Numbered from the stretch's first letter, positions 23,195 to 35,704 are shown. The stretch is DNA of 64,000 nucleotides from Haliotis cracherodii (GCF_022045235.1 NW_027266275.1:63488001-63552000), one strand, 5' to 3'. The notes: generated by a model from the letters alone, not told the origin. Program-made: numbers and translations.

Positions 23195-23850
23195 CGATGG
23201 TGTTTCAGATGGATTCATAACTAAATGGTGTTGAAGATGGATTCATAACCAGATGTTGTTGCAGAAGAATTCATTACTAGGTAAGTATTCAAGATGGATC
23301 CATTACTAGATGGTGTTGAAGATGGACTCATTACTAGATGATTGTGCAGATGGATTTATTAGTGGACGGCGTTGAAGATGGATTCATTACAAGGTGGTGT
23401 TCCAGATGGATTCATTACTAGATGATGTCGAGGATGGATTCATTACTAGATGGTTGTGCAGATGGATTTATTAGTAGACGGCGTTGAAGATGGATTCATT
23501 ACAAGATTGTGTTTCAGATGGATTCATTACTAGATGATGTCGCAGATGGGTCCATTACTAGATGGTTGTGCAGATGAATTTATTAGTAGACGGCGTTGAA
23601 GATGGATTCATTATAAGATGGTGTTCCAGATGGATTCATTATAAGATGGTTTCGCAGATGGATTCATTACAAGATGGTTTCACAGATGGATTCATTACAA
23701 GATGGTGTTGCAGACTAGATGGTATTGCAGATGGGTCCATTACTAGATGGTGTTGCATTTGGATTCATTACAAGATGGTGTAATGAATTCACCTTCAACA
23801 CCAGATGGTTTTCAATGTGGATCATTACTAGACGGTGTTACATGTGGAAT
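23195..23850. repeat. ~28-bp minisatellite
   Basis: unit gatggtgttgaagatggattcattacta, diverged copies. Confidence 0.9.
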
Positions 23851-24091
23851 ACGTTACATTGTCTTTTTGCAGATTATACTGTCCACATTGTTCAAAATAT
23901 GTCTGTTTTGGTACAAGGAAACTGAGCAGATTTATGACTTCAGTGGATCAGTGATTCATTCTTATGTTGACTGATACATGGATTAACACGTACATGACTT
24001 TATAGTTGTGTTGACCATTCTTAAAAAGAAAATAAAGCCGCGTTTCAGAGTTCCGTTTATTAAGGGGGAAATGTTACCAGAGGGTGTGTCT

Positions 24092-24148
24092 TCACTGAGA
24101 GAACAATGTTTGGACGTGACGGACGGACCTGCCCACCGGGTTTGGTAT
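24092..24148 (-). CDS. EPDR: EPDR-C exon 6
   Basis: IPNPVGRSVRHVQTLFSQ*; homologous to paralog D exon 6. Confidence 0.85.
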   Translation of the reverse strand: MPNPVGRSVRHVQTLFSQ

Positions 24149-27100
24149 CTGAAACAAATGGTGTAAATATATCAATTATAGCAAATGTACCTCTTCCGTA
24201 GACACGAGCATCAAGCAAATCAGGTCAACACTTTTTAATCTATAACAAAAATCGTCTTACAAGACCTTTACAACAATATAGAGAGTATGACAGGCAACTC
24301 TAAGTACCAGCCTACACTTATTACAGACTAACCCATTGCGTGCTAGATTTAGATATGTTTAGAGCATACATTTTGTTCATTAGCTATACAACGAATTAAT
24401 AGATTTTTCTTTTCTTTCATAAAACCTTTGCATCACAATAAGCACCCTCGTCTCGAGTGAGTGAGTGGGTGAGTGGGGTATTAAGGCCGCTTTGAACAGT
24501 ATTCCAGTTATATCACGGCGTGTCAGCTTAATGTGGGAGGAAAGCCCGAAGTGATGCAGGTCTCAGACGTTTACCACTTCGGTGAAACCCACGAGCACGG
24601 GTATGGTGCTGACAAACCAAGAAACATAATCGGGGCGAACCGGAATTCGAACCCACAATCATAGGTTTCTGGCGTGCCCAAGGGACACAACTCTGCACAG
24701 CGAATCGCGGCGCCTTAGACGACTGGGCCACTCGTTCCCCCTCCTCGTCTCGAAGTCATCAAGTTCTATATCTCTTATTCTACTGTAAACTGAAAGTCAT
24801 AGCTGTTTATTATCTTAATAGGGCGGCGCGATACCCTAGTGGGAAAAGTGTTCGCTTCTCAGGCCAAGGACTACGTTCATTTCTACACACCAATACAACG
24901 TGTGGAGCACCCCTGTGGTGTTCCTTACATTTGATCACTCACATAAAGGATGCAATCACGCGATACCCCATGAAGACAGATCTTAGGTAACACATGAACG
25001 GAATACGTCACAAATGAAATCCCTTTCTGCAAACCATTCCAGTGTAATAGCAGCCTGTTATACACGATAGTCCGATAGTCCGATAGCGCAGGCTCGTTAT
25101 GGGAAAGGCAGAGTTTGGCGGTTATGTTTAAAGGCGGCTTGGCGGGATGGTCCAAAAAACGTACTTATCGTCACTCGTTAAAGCTGTTTTTAAATCTCAA
25201 TGTAAGTACGATATGAGAAACCCATTTTGGGGTTCTCACCACGCATATTTACCTGCCAATGCTCCAAGAACCAGAACGATAAAATATGAGTTCAGCCTTG
25301 ACTATAGCGGTGTGGAGGTGAGGTGACATAGGGTTTAACGTCGCGTCCAAGATTATTGCACTTATATAGCGACGTGCATGTACGTGTATGTGTGTGGCTG
25401 CTCGTACTAGTCCGGACTGATGCCGATTTATAGTGCTAGCTCACTGAGATACCATGCCGCAGTTTAACATGAATACCCCACTCAGACACAGTATACTGAC
25501 TCCGAGCCGACCAGTCCTTTTTTAGCCCTTTAATGCAGAGCGCCAGACAGGGTAACAACAAGTACCATCTTTTAACGTCTTTTGGTCTGACGCGGCCGGG
25601 GATCGAACACCGGACCTTCCGCTCTCCGGGCGGACGCTCTACCACGGAGGCGGTCTGACTATAGCGCCCGTAAAGTAATGTCTCTGTGTGTGGTGTGTAC
25701 TCACCGAAGATGACATCCGGCATGCTTGGGGGACGTTGAACACGTCACTGTTTCGGAGTCCAGTTCGAAACTCACTGAAGACGTACACAAAGTTTGTCTC
25801 AATCGCTGTAAATAATAATATACAAAGTGCAAGACTAAAGAAATAGGCTTTAGGTGATAACAGCAAGAAATGTATTCTGACAACCACATAATCCAGCAGT
25901 GCTGTCTGAAACCACGAACAGGATTAACGATATGCGGTGGTCAAAATCAGTTATGGGTAATAACATTATTGCATCTTTCTTCCAGTGCAATGAAGCTGGG
26001 TTATAGTGAGTGAGTGAGTTGAGTTTATCGCCGCTTTTAACAGTATTCCAGTTATATCACGGCGTGTCAGCTTAATGTGGGAGGAAAGCCCCAAGTGATG
26101 CAGGTCTCAGACGTTTACCACTTAGGTGAAACCCACGAGCACGGGTATGGTGCTGAAAAACCTAAAGCATAATCGGGGCGAACCGGGATTCGAACCACAA
26201 TCATAGTTTGCTGGCGTGTACAAGGGATGAAACTCTGCACAGCGAATCGCGGTGCCTTCGACGACTGGGTCACCCGTGCCCCCAAGCTGGGTTAGTATAG
26301 GCCCCAAATTACCCATGATGGTCGTAAGAGGAGACCTAATGGATGCATTCGTCCCCACTCGCCTGTTCCCGCAACCTGCAAGAAGACTCGTCCCCCTATC
26401 GAGGAAGGTTATGGGGGAAAATACGACAAAACAATGCGCGTATGACTTCAAGCACTTCGGTCAAAGAATCCCCTAGGGACAAACATTGAATTTACACATG
26501 TCTTTCATCTAAAAATATACCCTAGATACAGTTAAATGTGTTCAATCATACTTTATAAATACCGTAGGTCCAAATGTGTTTAAATAGCATCTGGACTATA
26601 TATGACATGGGGGAAATATACATGAATCTTTAGGCAACGAGTTGACAATTCTTGTAACTATGCCCGTTTGCGCTTAGACGGAACCCAGTCGCACAAATGG
26701 CCACGAGAGGGACACGAGTCGCTGTTCCGCTTGTCCCGGAAAAACACGAGTTGGTCACGAATGCTAATGTATGGGGAGGTCAGACTCGTTGACCTCGTTA
26801 ATTGCGTGTCATCGTTCCCCGGCGGCGGTAGATCGTGGCTCATAATATCAATCGCTGGATTCGACTAATTACAGGCCGCTGTCATCTAACTGGAACACTA
26901 ATCGACAAATAAACATACGTATTAAAACAACATGTAGCTTTACATACTCTCTTTCCCATCATTCGTCTTTACGTGACCCACAAAAGACTCGACAATGGGT
27001 GTGCACCCCTCCTGCGTGAGGGCCACCTTGAGGGACTGGTCTGTGTTCTTGGGGTGGTACTCCCAGTTATTTAGAGCCAGCTTCGACGTGCCGTATCCCA

Positions 27101-28080
27101 TGTACGTTGGCCCAATGTACTGAGCAGAGTCTGGCAAAATGATAATCAGCATATGAAACATTCACAAACCATGGTTTGGTCGAAATAAATCATATTTAGT
27201 GGTGTTTCTCCTTTATAGTACCCGGTGCTTACTGCTCGTGTACATTGTACATAGTTGAAAGACCTCTGTTCATACGAACTTATTGATAAATGAGAAGAAA
27301 AATTCAACAATAGTGACTGAGTATGGTTTTATGCCGCTTTTAGCAATATTCCAGCCATATCACGGCAAGGGACACCAGAAATGGGCTTCACACATTGTAC
27401 CCGTGAGGGGAATCGAACCCGGGTCTTCGGCGTGACGAGCGAACGCTTTAACTACTAGGCTACCCCACCGAAATCCAATATTATGGGCTATAGGGCGTCA
27501 AAGATTGATCAGTTTTCTAGGTGTTCACAACTAGTGTGGTTTGCTTGGTTTTTTTTTAAGAGTTGCTAAAATTAGTATAACGTTTTACTGTGGGTTGTGG
27601 TCAAAGGAAGAAAAGTCTGTCCAAGAATTGATTCTATTATTTTCTTCTTTTTTTTTTTTAATAAAAAAGAGGAACTAATAGTACGTACCAGGAACACACG
27701 GTTCTCGCATTGTCCTGGTCAGCGGGGTGTGGTAGCAATTGCCTTGATTTTGGATATACTGTCTTTTCTGCAGAAAAAAATAGATGTACTGGTAATTTTG
27801 GTTTAGCGATGTTCTGAATGGTGTCTTGAGTTATATATAGAAATCGTTAGTGTGAAGGTCGTATGTTGGTTGTGGACGGTCGGCACCTGGATGACCGTGT
27901 GATCTGGTTATCACGCGAACAGGGTGCTGACAGACCATGGCCACAATGGGATATTCTTATAGTTATCCTTCACAGCAACATTGCGTTATCCAAGATGGAT
28001 AACCAGGCTTCCATTTGCATAATGTTGCATGCATAACCGATATATGTATATACGCACATCGGTTAAATATGCAACATTAT

Positions 28081-28126
<46 letters not shown>

Positions 28127-30700
28127 TTGTCAAGACTGCTTATATGCACACAAGATCTTTCGCCGTTCAACGGCTCTTCAGGTGAAATGAAAACTTTAAC
28201 GTACATTGTAGTCATTGGCGACACACAACAGCAGTATTTATGGCGTCATAATGCCTATAAATATAGTTTATCTACATGCATTTAAGCATGATATTCTTCA
28301 ATTTCCAGAACACAATAATGAATGAGTGGGTGAGTCGGTTTTAACGCCGCCTTGTACGTTATTTCAGTTATACCACGGCGTGTCGTCTCCACGTGGAGGA
28401 AAGTGACACAGTTCTCAGTTTACCACTTCAGTGAAACCAACGAGCACGGGTATGGTGCTGACAAACATAGAAACATAATCAGGGTGAACCGGGATTCGAA
28501 CCCAAGATCATAGGTTTCCAGCACCCCTAGTGGACGCAACTCTGAATTGTAACGATAGTTCGTAAAAGATAATTTACACAGAAAAGTGGAAGTCCCGAAA
28601 AAACAACATGTTCCTGAGGCAAGTGAGTTAACTGACTATACAGTCCAGTTTCCACCCTTGTCTGGTATTATGGAGTTACATTTTGGCTGGACTAACGAGT
28701 CTATGCATAGTCCAATCACAATCACGCAGCGAAATCAAAATCCGGTTCGTAAACTGTCTTGCAGATTTCGGTCGATTGCAGTATTTACAAAGTATGTTCA
28801 CCGCCAACTCGTTGGCAACAGACATCTTCCAGGTTTTTAATCAAGGTGCTCACGTGATTTCATTTCACTTCGCGATGTAAGACTCATTTTATCTCAATAT
28901 AGATATTGATTATCGATCAGATCGTCTTGACTGGGCGCCGCCGTTTTCTTTGAAGCAAATGCAAGTGTTACGAGAGGTGGAATGTGATTGGTCCATAGGA
29001 GAGGCATAGAAGGGACGTAACTCGTACCAGCCACTGGTGGCGCTACGGTCGAGCCCAGGAATTCCAGCCTAGTTCGGCAAGGGAGGAAACTGGACTTTTA
29101 AAGTCAGTAAACTCCCTTGCCACGGGAAGATGGAATAACAAATGCTTAATCTATGTCTTTCTTAAGATTAAAAAGAGCCAGAGAGGTAAAAAAAACCACC
29201 TTATTATTCGTTCTTCGGAATTTCCACGTTTACTATGTGAATTATTTCTATTGGGATTAAGTCGGTATTAAGTGGCTATAACAATGCCGTTGCGCACGTT
29301 AGGGTTTAGCTTACTCACTACTGAGATAAATATATGTCAGTCAACACATGGTGTATCATTCTCACGTTGGGATAATCCAGCAGGATGTTAGTGACGGTCA
29401 CGGATCCGTTCATCAGGGTCTGGTGGGCCTCCACAGCGATCATCTTGTTGTAGGCGTCGTAGTGGACCTTGTTGTAGCCCTGTACGATGTCAAGTGTTGT
29501 TGCATTCAGTAAGTTTGGTTTAACGCCACTTTGTACAATATGTCAGTTCCATCTCGAAGAGTCAACTTGGAGTAGGTGGTAAGCCTAAACTAACGCTCAA
29601 CCAGCATGGAATGGTGATGATAAACTAAGAATCATAACAATAACGAACCTACGATCATATTATTCTGTCACGTCTAAGGGGCGCAACTCTGCACAGAGCT
29701 CTTTCCCCAAGGGACCGACCATTTGAAACATCGAAATATTTGATATATTGTGGCGATTTGACCTGGGATTTTGTAGAGATCGAGACGTTTGGTCTTTTGT
29801 GTGTGCGTGCGTGCGTGCGTGCGTGTGTGTGTATGCGTTTGCGTGTGTGTGTTTGTGTGTTTGCGTGTGTATGTTTGCTTGTGTTTAGTTTGCGTGTATA
29901 CTGAGTCCAAGCCGACCGGTCCTTGTTTTATGTCTTTAATGACGAGCGCCAGGCTGGGTAACAGCAAGTAACACCTTTCAATGTCTTTTGGTGTGAGGTG
30001 GCCAGGGTGCGGAATTACCGACCTTCTGCTCTCTGGGCAGGCGGTCTATCCACTACACCACGGAGGCGGTCTCCACAGGTGAAAGAGTGTTCAACGAGTT
30101 ACAGCCTCGCTAAGTATGTAAAGGCATGATTTGGAAGGAAAACTCCAATGGCTTGTGGATCCTGGTAGGATTATGGCACACAACTCAGCGGCATCTTGGA
30201 AGAGTGAACCATATGTGCCCCGAGAATGCGTTAAGATACATTGCTTTACTTACATCTGACCCGTGAAGATCCGGGGTAGAATAGGTCTTCAGCAACCCAT
30301 GCTTGTCGTAAAAGGCAACTATGCTCGTCGTAAGAGGCGACTAACAGTATCGGGTGGTCTGGATCGCTGACTTGGTTGATTCATGTCATCGATCACAATT
30401 GTGTGGATCGATGTTCATGACGTGAATCACTGGATTGTCTGGTCGAGACTCGATTATTTACAGACCGCCGTCATATAGCTGGAATATTGCTGAGTGCGGC
30501 GTTAAACAACAAACAAACAAACAAATAAGGAAACTTACATCTAGCCAGTTCTGTGTAAGATGCCCATGATGATTGTAGACATTCCCCCCAACCTGGCCCA
30601 TGACCGCCTCGAACTGGTGGTCGGTACAACAAGGCCTAGGGGGGTCACTACCGGCCCCCAAGGAGAGGCCCACCATTGCGGTCAATATCAGAAACCTCAT
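24092..30700 (-). CDS. EPDR: Ependymin-related protein paralog C, complete, 231 aa (exons 30539-30700, 29366-29479, 27689-27767, 26948-27130, 25705-25805, 24092-24148)
   Basis: GT-AG introns, phases 0,0,1,1,0; 696 nt open. MRFLILTAMVGLSLG signal, CCTDHQF, GCTP, FNVPQAC; AATAAA at 24056-24061. Confidence 0.9.
24455..24740 (-). mobile_element. SINE C
   Basis: TSD cctcgtctcga. Confidence 0.88.
25316..25655 (-). mobile_element. SINE B
   Basis: TSD tgactatagcg. Confidence 0.9.
25705..25805 (-). CDS. EPDR: EPDR-C exon 5
   Basis: IETNFVYVFSEFRTGLRNSDVFNVPQAC; 101 nt. Confidence 0.9.
26006..26300 (-). mobile_element. SINE C
   Basis: TSD aagctgggtta. Confidence 0.88.
26948..27130 (-). CDS. EPDR: EPDR-C exon 4
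   Basis: DSAQYIGPTYMGYG...WEY...TQEGCTPIVESF; 183 nt. Confidence 0.9.
27315..27470 (-). mobile_element. SINE A
   Basis: family match. Confidence 0.88.
27689..27767 (-). CDS. EPDR: EPDR-C exon 3
   Basis: KRQYIQNQGNCYHTPLTRTMREPCVP. Confidence 0.88.
28080..28125. repeat. (GATA)n microsatellite
   Basis: direct reading. Confidence 0.95.
28322..28543 (-). mobile_element. SINE C, diverged
   Basis: family match. Confidence 0.75.
28607..29132. mobile_element. hAT-type MITE, same family
   Basis: Long TIRs; internal sequence similar to 14962-15456. Confidence 0.8.
29366..29479 (-). CDS. EPDR: EPDR-C exon 2
   Basis: GYNKVHYDAYNKMIAVEAHQTLMNGSVTVTNILLDYPN. Confidence 0.9.
30258..30524 (+). mobile_element. 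SINE-like family D (no tRNA head; starts GACCCGTGAAGATCC, (CAAA)n tail, ~270 bp)
   Basis: About 15 copies; shares 3' tail gctggaatattgct..gcggcgttaaa with family A; TSD-like acttacatct. Confidence 0.88.
30539..30700 (-). CDS. EPDR: EPDR-C exon 1
   Basis: 54 codons, donor GTAAGT. Confidence 0.9.
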
Positions 30701-31016
30701 CGTGGAGACAAGCTTTGTGTGTGAAGTCTTCGGCTGTACTGACAGACCATCTGCCACGTTGTATGAATGCCTTAGTTTGGGATACGCCACTCTACCAAAA
30801 TAGATCTGCTATCTGCAAATGCTTTATCTCTCGTTGTTTCGTTGGACGAGCTTGTTTTGAAACGGACAGTGTGATTTGGTGAATTCTTGGGCAGGCAATG
30901 TAATGTTTCGGCAAAATACTGAAAGGGTTTTAGTTGGATAATTAAAAAACGACAAAACCATTTACATAATCGTAAGAAATCTCTGCAAAAAGTAGAGTCC
31001 ACTATGCGATTCCGAC

Positions 31017-31420
31017 TATATCATGAACATGTGTTAATGAATCACTATCAAATAGTGATGATACACGGTGTTTGTAGGTGATCGTATCCTGCCGCACCTG
31101 TGACACCAGCCACAAACACATGCAAAGGCAAGTCAATTGTTCACCTGAAAATGACACGAGAACATAAGGTACTAGTCCAAGAAATGAATTGCATCGGACA
31201 TGATTTCGGTCACTGATGCGTCAAATTTGGCAAAGTACTCTTCATGTCAACCATGAAACTTTTTGAAAGCATTACTGAGGCCTTGGATGTTGTAACCTTG
31301 ATCAAACAACTTCTGAGCAAGGGTCGTATGACGCTCTTTGAAATCTATATCAAGAGCATATGTTTATGAATTACTATCAAATAGTGATGATACCAGGTGT
31401 TTGCGAAAAGGTGAGCGTAT
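31017..31420 (-). mobile_element. Naiad-type Penelope-like 3' fragments in head-to-tail tandem
   Basis: DFKERHTTLAQKLFDQGYNIQGLSNAFKKFHG*HEEYFAKFDASVTEIMSD; a second 3' end begins at 31347. Shorter copies near 1000-1235, 10590-10805, 19070-19160, 19878-19990 (+), 33330-33425. Confidence 0.72.
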
Positions 31421-31509
31421 CATTGTTTGTTTGTTTGTCTGTTTGTTTGTGGTTTAACGCCCCACTCAGCAATATTCCAGCTATATGTCAACAAAAGGAC
31501 TAATGCAGT

Positions 31510-31781
31510 GGTTGGTTGGTTGGTTTGTTGTTTAACGCCGCACTGCGCAATATTCCAGCTGTATGACGGCGGTCTGTAAATAATCGAGTCTGGACCAGAC
31601 AATCCAGTGATTGACATCATGAGCATCGATACACGCAATTTGGAAACGATAACAAGCATCAACCAAGTCAGCGAGCCAGACCACCCGATCCCGTTAGTCG
31701 CCTCTTACGACAAGCATAGTCGCTTTTTACGGCAAGCACGGGTTGCTGAATATCTATACTACCCCGGAATCTTCACGGGTC
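31510..31781 (-). mobile_element. Family D element
   Basis: full length. Confidence 0.88.
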
Positions 31782-31939
31782 GAGCGTATCGAGCGTATCA
31801 TTTCCCACGTGCGTATGGTATATTCGGAACCGTACAACGGTTTCTTTAGATTTATGGAAAATGTTTTGTCGCTGAAATTATTCAGCAAAAACGGTTGATG
31901 TCAGTATTTTGCTGAAACAGTGTGTTACATACCATTGTA

Positions 31940-32170
31940 CTGTCTGCCCAAGAATTGATATATTCCATTTCTTCCTTTTAAAAAAATAACAAAAACTTTA
32001 TACCGAAATCAAATACGCCTGTTGCAATGGAGTGGTCATGGGATGTGGTAGCAATTGCCTTGATTTCGGAAATACTGTAGAAATGTGTTTTTTTACCTGC
32101 GAGTAAATGGGTTTAATGCCTATGTTATATCACGACATCTTAATGTGAGAGAAGAGGTCGTATGTAGGTA
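31940..32170 (-). pseudogene. Orphan degenerate copy of EPDR exon 3 with flanking intron remnants
   Basis: gtggtagcaattgccttgattt shared with EPDR-C exon 3; reads QYFRNQGNCYHIP* vs QYIQNQGNCYHTP; flanks also resemble 27617-27640 and 27853-27870. Confidence 0.6.
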
Positions 32171-32408
32171 CTTGTTGTTACCCTGCCTGGCGCTCGGCAT
32201 TAAGGAGCTGAAACAAGGACTGGTCGGCTCGGAGTCAGTATACTGTGTCTGAATGGGGTATTCATGTTAAACTGGTATCTCAGTGGGTTAGCACTATAAA
32301 TCGGCATCAGTCCAGACTAGTACAGGCAGCCACACACACGTGCATGCAAGTCGCTATATAAGTGCAATAATCTTGGTCGCGACGTTAAACCCCACCCCAC
32401 CTCACCTC
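32166..32408 (+). mobile_element. SINE B, 5'-truncated
   Basis: family match. Confidence 0.85.
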
Positions 32409-32519
32409 GTATGTATTTCGTTGAACCAACGAATACGTTCCATCGTGAAAGAAACTGATTTGTTAACTGACCCATCCATGCTCATTTTATTTACTTAAGT
32501 AATACATTATTTATACATA

Positions 32520-33241
32520 CACTCTTCAAAAAAAGATACGCACGGTAGAGTTTTAGTAAATGTATTGTACCTGATAAAGTCGATATATTTAATTTAATAT
32601 CATAGATACAAAAATATGAAATTTTGGAGCTCGATAGTCACACGCTGTCGTTGTACAAAGGCATTGAAACCTGTTCATTGTCATGTCACATAAGGTCACA
32701 AGATTGCGCTGAACTCAGTACCTCGTGTGACCGCCCCGGGCAGCAATCACGGCTCTGCATCTCCTCGGCACTGACTGGATAAGTGTACGAATTCTGTCCT
32801 GCGGAATTCTGCGACATTCTGCTTGTAGCGCGTTGGCCAGTTGTGGGAGTGTCTGTGGCGTGTTCTGACATTGAAGTACACGTCGATCGAGTTCATCCCA
32901 GAGGTGTTCGATTGCGTTGAGATCTGGAGATCCTGAAGGCCAGGGCAAGCCGTTGATGTTGGCACTATGGAGAGTAGTCTACCGTGACACGAGCAGTGTG
33001 CAGTGGAGCGTTGTCCTGTTGAAACAACTCCTTCTGGTGGTCAATGATTGGAAGAAGGTGGGGTTGAAGAATTTGATTCATGTAACGATTTGCTGTCAGA
33101 TTTCCCTGAACCACAACCTAGTCAGATCTCGTGGTGTAGGATATGGCCCCCCACACCATGACACTACCGCCACCGAAATTGTCGAATTGACGTACACAAT
33201 GTGGGGCAAAAAGCTTATTTCGACAACGATAAATACGTTGT
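32520..33241 (-). mobile_element. Second, truncated copy of the same Tc1 family (3' half)
   Basis: Closely similar to 5125-5815; PWPSGSPDLNAIEHLW...GGHTRY; one TIR. Confidence 0.9.
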
Positions 33242-34111
33242 GTTATAGTGGAACACTGTAATTAACCATTTCCCCATTCCATATGAAATTTATCATATAG
33301 TATGAAAAGATGTCAATCCACTTCATTAAATCATAAACATGTGTCTATGAATAAAATAGTGATGGTACCAGGTGGCACCCGTCACAAATACATGCAAAGG
33401 CAAGTCAAGTGTTCACCTGAACAACACCGGGAGCGTTGTACTACGGGCTGTTCAGTGTTGATCCTGACGAGGAATCAGACAAGGGGAATGTTGTCCTGCC
33501 ATAAGTAATAATGGATGACGCTAATTAATAAAACAGAGGCAGCACATCAAATGAGTTTCCTAAACTCGATGACATACCTACAAAATAATCTACCTTCTTT
33601 ATCATCTTCATCTTAGGATAAGTTGTATGTAGTACTTTCTGTATTGATAACCTTGTGCAAATGTCATAGCATGTGAAGATCGCCGTTTCATTTCGGATGC
33701 AATCATGTTTTGACTATTTTTGTCATTTGTAATTTTGTTCAAAATCTTTTCAAAATTTAACCTTAAGTCCCGAAAACAATAGATCTACTATTATCGGTTA
33801 TAGCAATGAGATGGCGGAGACTGCGTATTAGTTTATATTGTCGAATAGTCTCTTTATTAATAGTTATATTTGGTTTTGATTTTAACCGGTCCATGGAGTA
33901 TGCGCTGAACCTGTATGAGGGTAAAAACTGAGATGGAGACGGAAGATTTGTTAATTTGTTTCGGTTATTTGTGAATATCCACATGAGGCCACGCTTACTG
34001 TATGGCTTGACTTTGGTACTTTTACCTGCATACACCCAGGAAATGTCCGACTTAAAGCGACAATTCACTGGACCGTCAATCAAATCATCGTCTACTTTGA
34101 CGAGGTTTTAA

Positions 34112-34405
34112 CTTTAGATGACGCGGACTTCGACCAGATTGTTTGTTTAGATGACTTCGACCAGATTGTAATAACTGTTTGTTTAGATGGCGCGGACTTC
34201 GACCACATTGTTTGTTTAGATGACTTCGACCAGATTGTAATAATTGTTTGTTTAGATGGCGCGGACTTCGACCAGATTGTTTGTTTAGATGACTTCGACC
34301 AGATTGTAATAATTGTTTGTTTAGATGGCGCGGACTTCGACCAGATTGTAATAATTGTTTGTTTAGATGACGCGGACTTCGACCAGATTGTAATAATTGT
34401 TTATT
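34112..34405. repeat. Modular minisatellite
   Basis: ttgtttgtttagatg(gcgcgg)acttcgaccaga(ttgtaataa) with optional modules. Confidence 0.9.
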
Positions 34406-35356
34406 TACTATAAGACAAGACAAGCGATTGTCTGAAGAAATGACAATGTTTTTAATACTGCTTGATCAGAAATTACAACCTTCAAACCAAACTGTCCCTC
34501 AATTAAGTAAGTACAATCCATGGCACAGTCCTATAAGGGAAACAATCTGTCAGCAGCGTCCTAAAAGCATGTAACCTTTGGCACATCCATGATTTCGCAC
34601 ATCCCTCTAAGGGTCTGGTGATGTCGAGAATTAAATTCAGTTGGGAACACACTGAACACGAAATTTACAGCCGGAAGGCTTCATTATCTCCCTTGATTCA
34701 TCAGACATCTGCCCCCCTCGTCCTGTCGAGTAAATGTAGAAATAGAAAATATCTTCTAAACACATAAAGATAACGATTCTTCACAATATACAGATACCTT
34801 CTCACAATCAAAGCTTACTGCCATTTTTCGTTTGCACAAAAATATGTAGCGTTGTAGCGTTGTAGAGTTATTACAGTACAAACGTTGTATGTCGAATGCT
34901 AATTAGGACGGTAGCTGGTGAGGTTCAGAAAACTACAAATGGAAACAAAATCTTAGCTAACTATACAACCATCCAACTTCCATCTCAATTACTTCAATAA
35001 AAGAAAGTTATATGTCAGAACGTGTGTACATACTAGGAACATTATACATGTATACAATACAACCCACCTCTGTGTTCTGCCATAAGAAGAGCCCTGGTCC
35101 AAACATGGTGGCATTCTGCCCTATTGCCAACATGTGCTTCTGATCATGTGATCAGATGACAGATGTGGCTTTTACAAAAAAGCTTTAAAATATTAGGCAG
35201 CTACCTGGGTTTGAACCCTGAATCACAGCACTGCTAAATATGTCATTACTCAAAGTGTTCGATGCCATATACCAAATACAGTTGCTCAGACTTAAGTTGG
35301 CATTTTAGAATATTATAATTAACTCACATATTAATGTATTGTAAATGTTAAACTAA

Positions 35357-35704
35357 GGCGAGGTGAAATTGGGTTTAAGGTCGCGTCCAAGATTATTGCA
35401 CTTATATAGCCACGTGCATGCACGTGTGTGTGTGTGGCTGCTTGTTCTTGTCCTGACTTGACGATTTATTGTGCTCGCTCACCACCAGCTTACCATGCCG
35501 CAGTTTAACATGAATACCCCACTCAGACACACTATACTGACTCCGAGCCGACCAGTCCTTGTTTTAACCCCTTAATGCCGAGCGTCAGACAGGGTAACAA
35601 CAAGTACCATATCTTAACGTCTTTCGGAATGAGACGGCCGGGGATTGAACCCCGGACCTTCCGCTCTCCAGGCGGATGCTCTACCACTAGACCACGAAGG
35701 CGGT
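35357..35704 (-). mobile_element. SINE B
   Basis: TSD tgttaaactaag. Confidence 0.9.

Noticed and set aside
30701-30790. Upstream start extending EPDR-C by 30 aa
   Set aside because: ATG 30700 begins the signal peptide and aligns with the paralog D start.
31247-31249. In-frame TGA in the Naiad fragment as selenocysteine
   Set aside because: The position is Arg (GRH) in the copy at ~21960, not Cys; simple decay is more likely.
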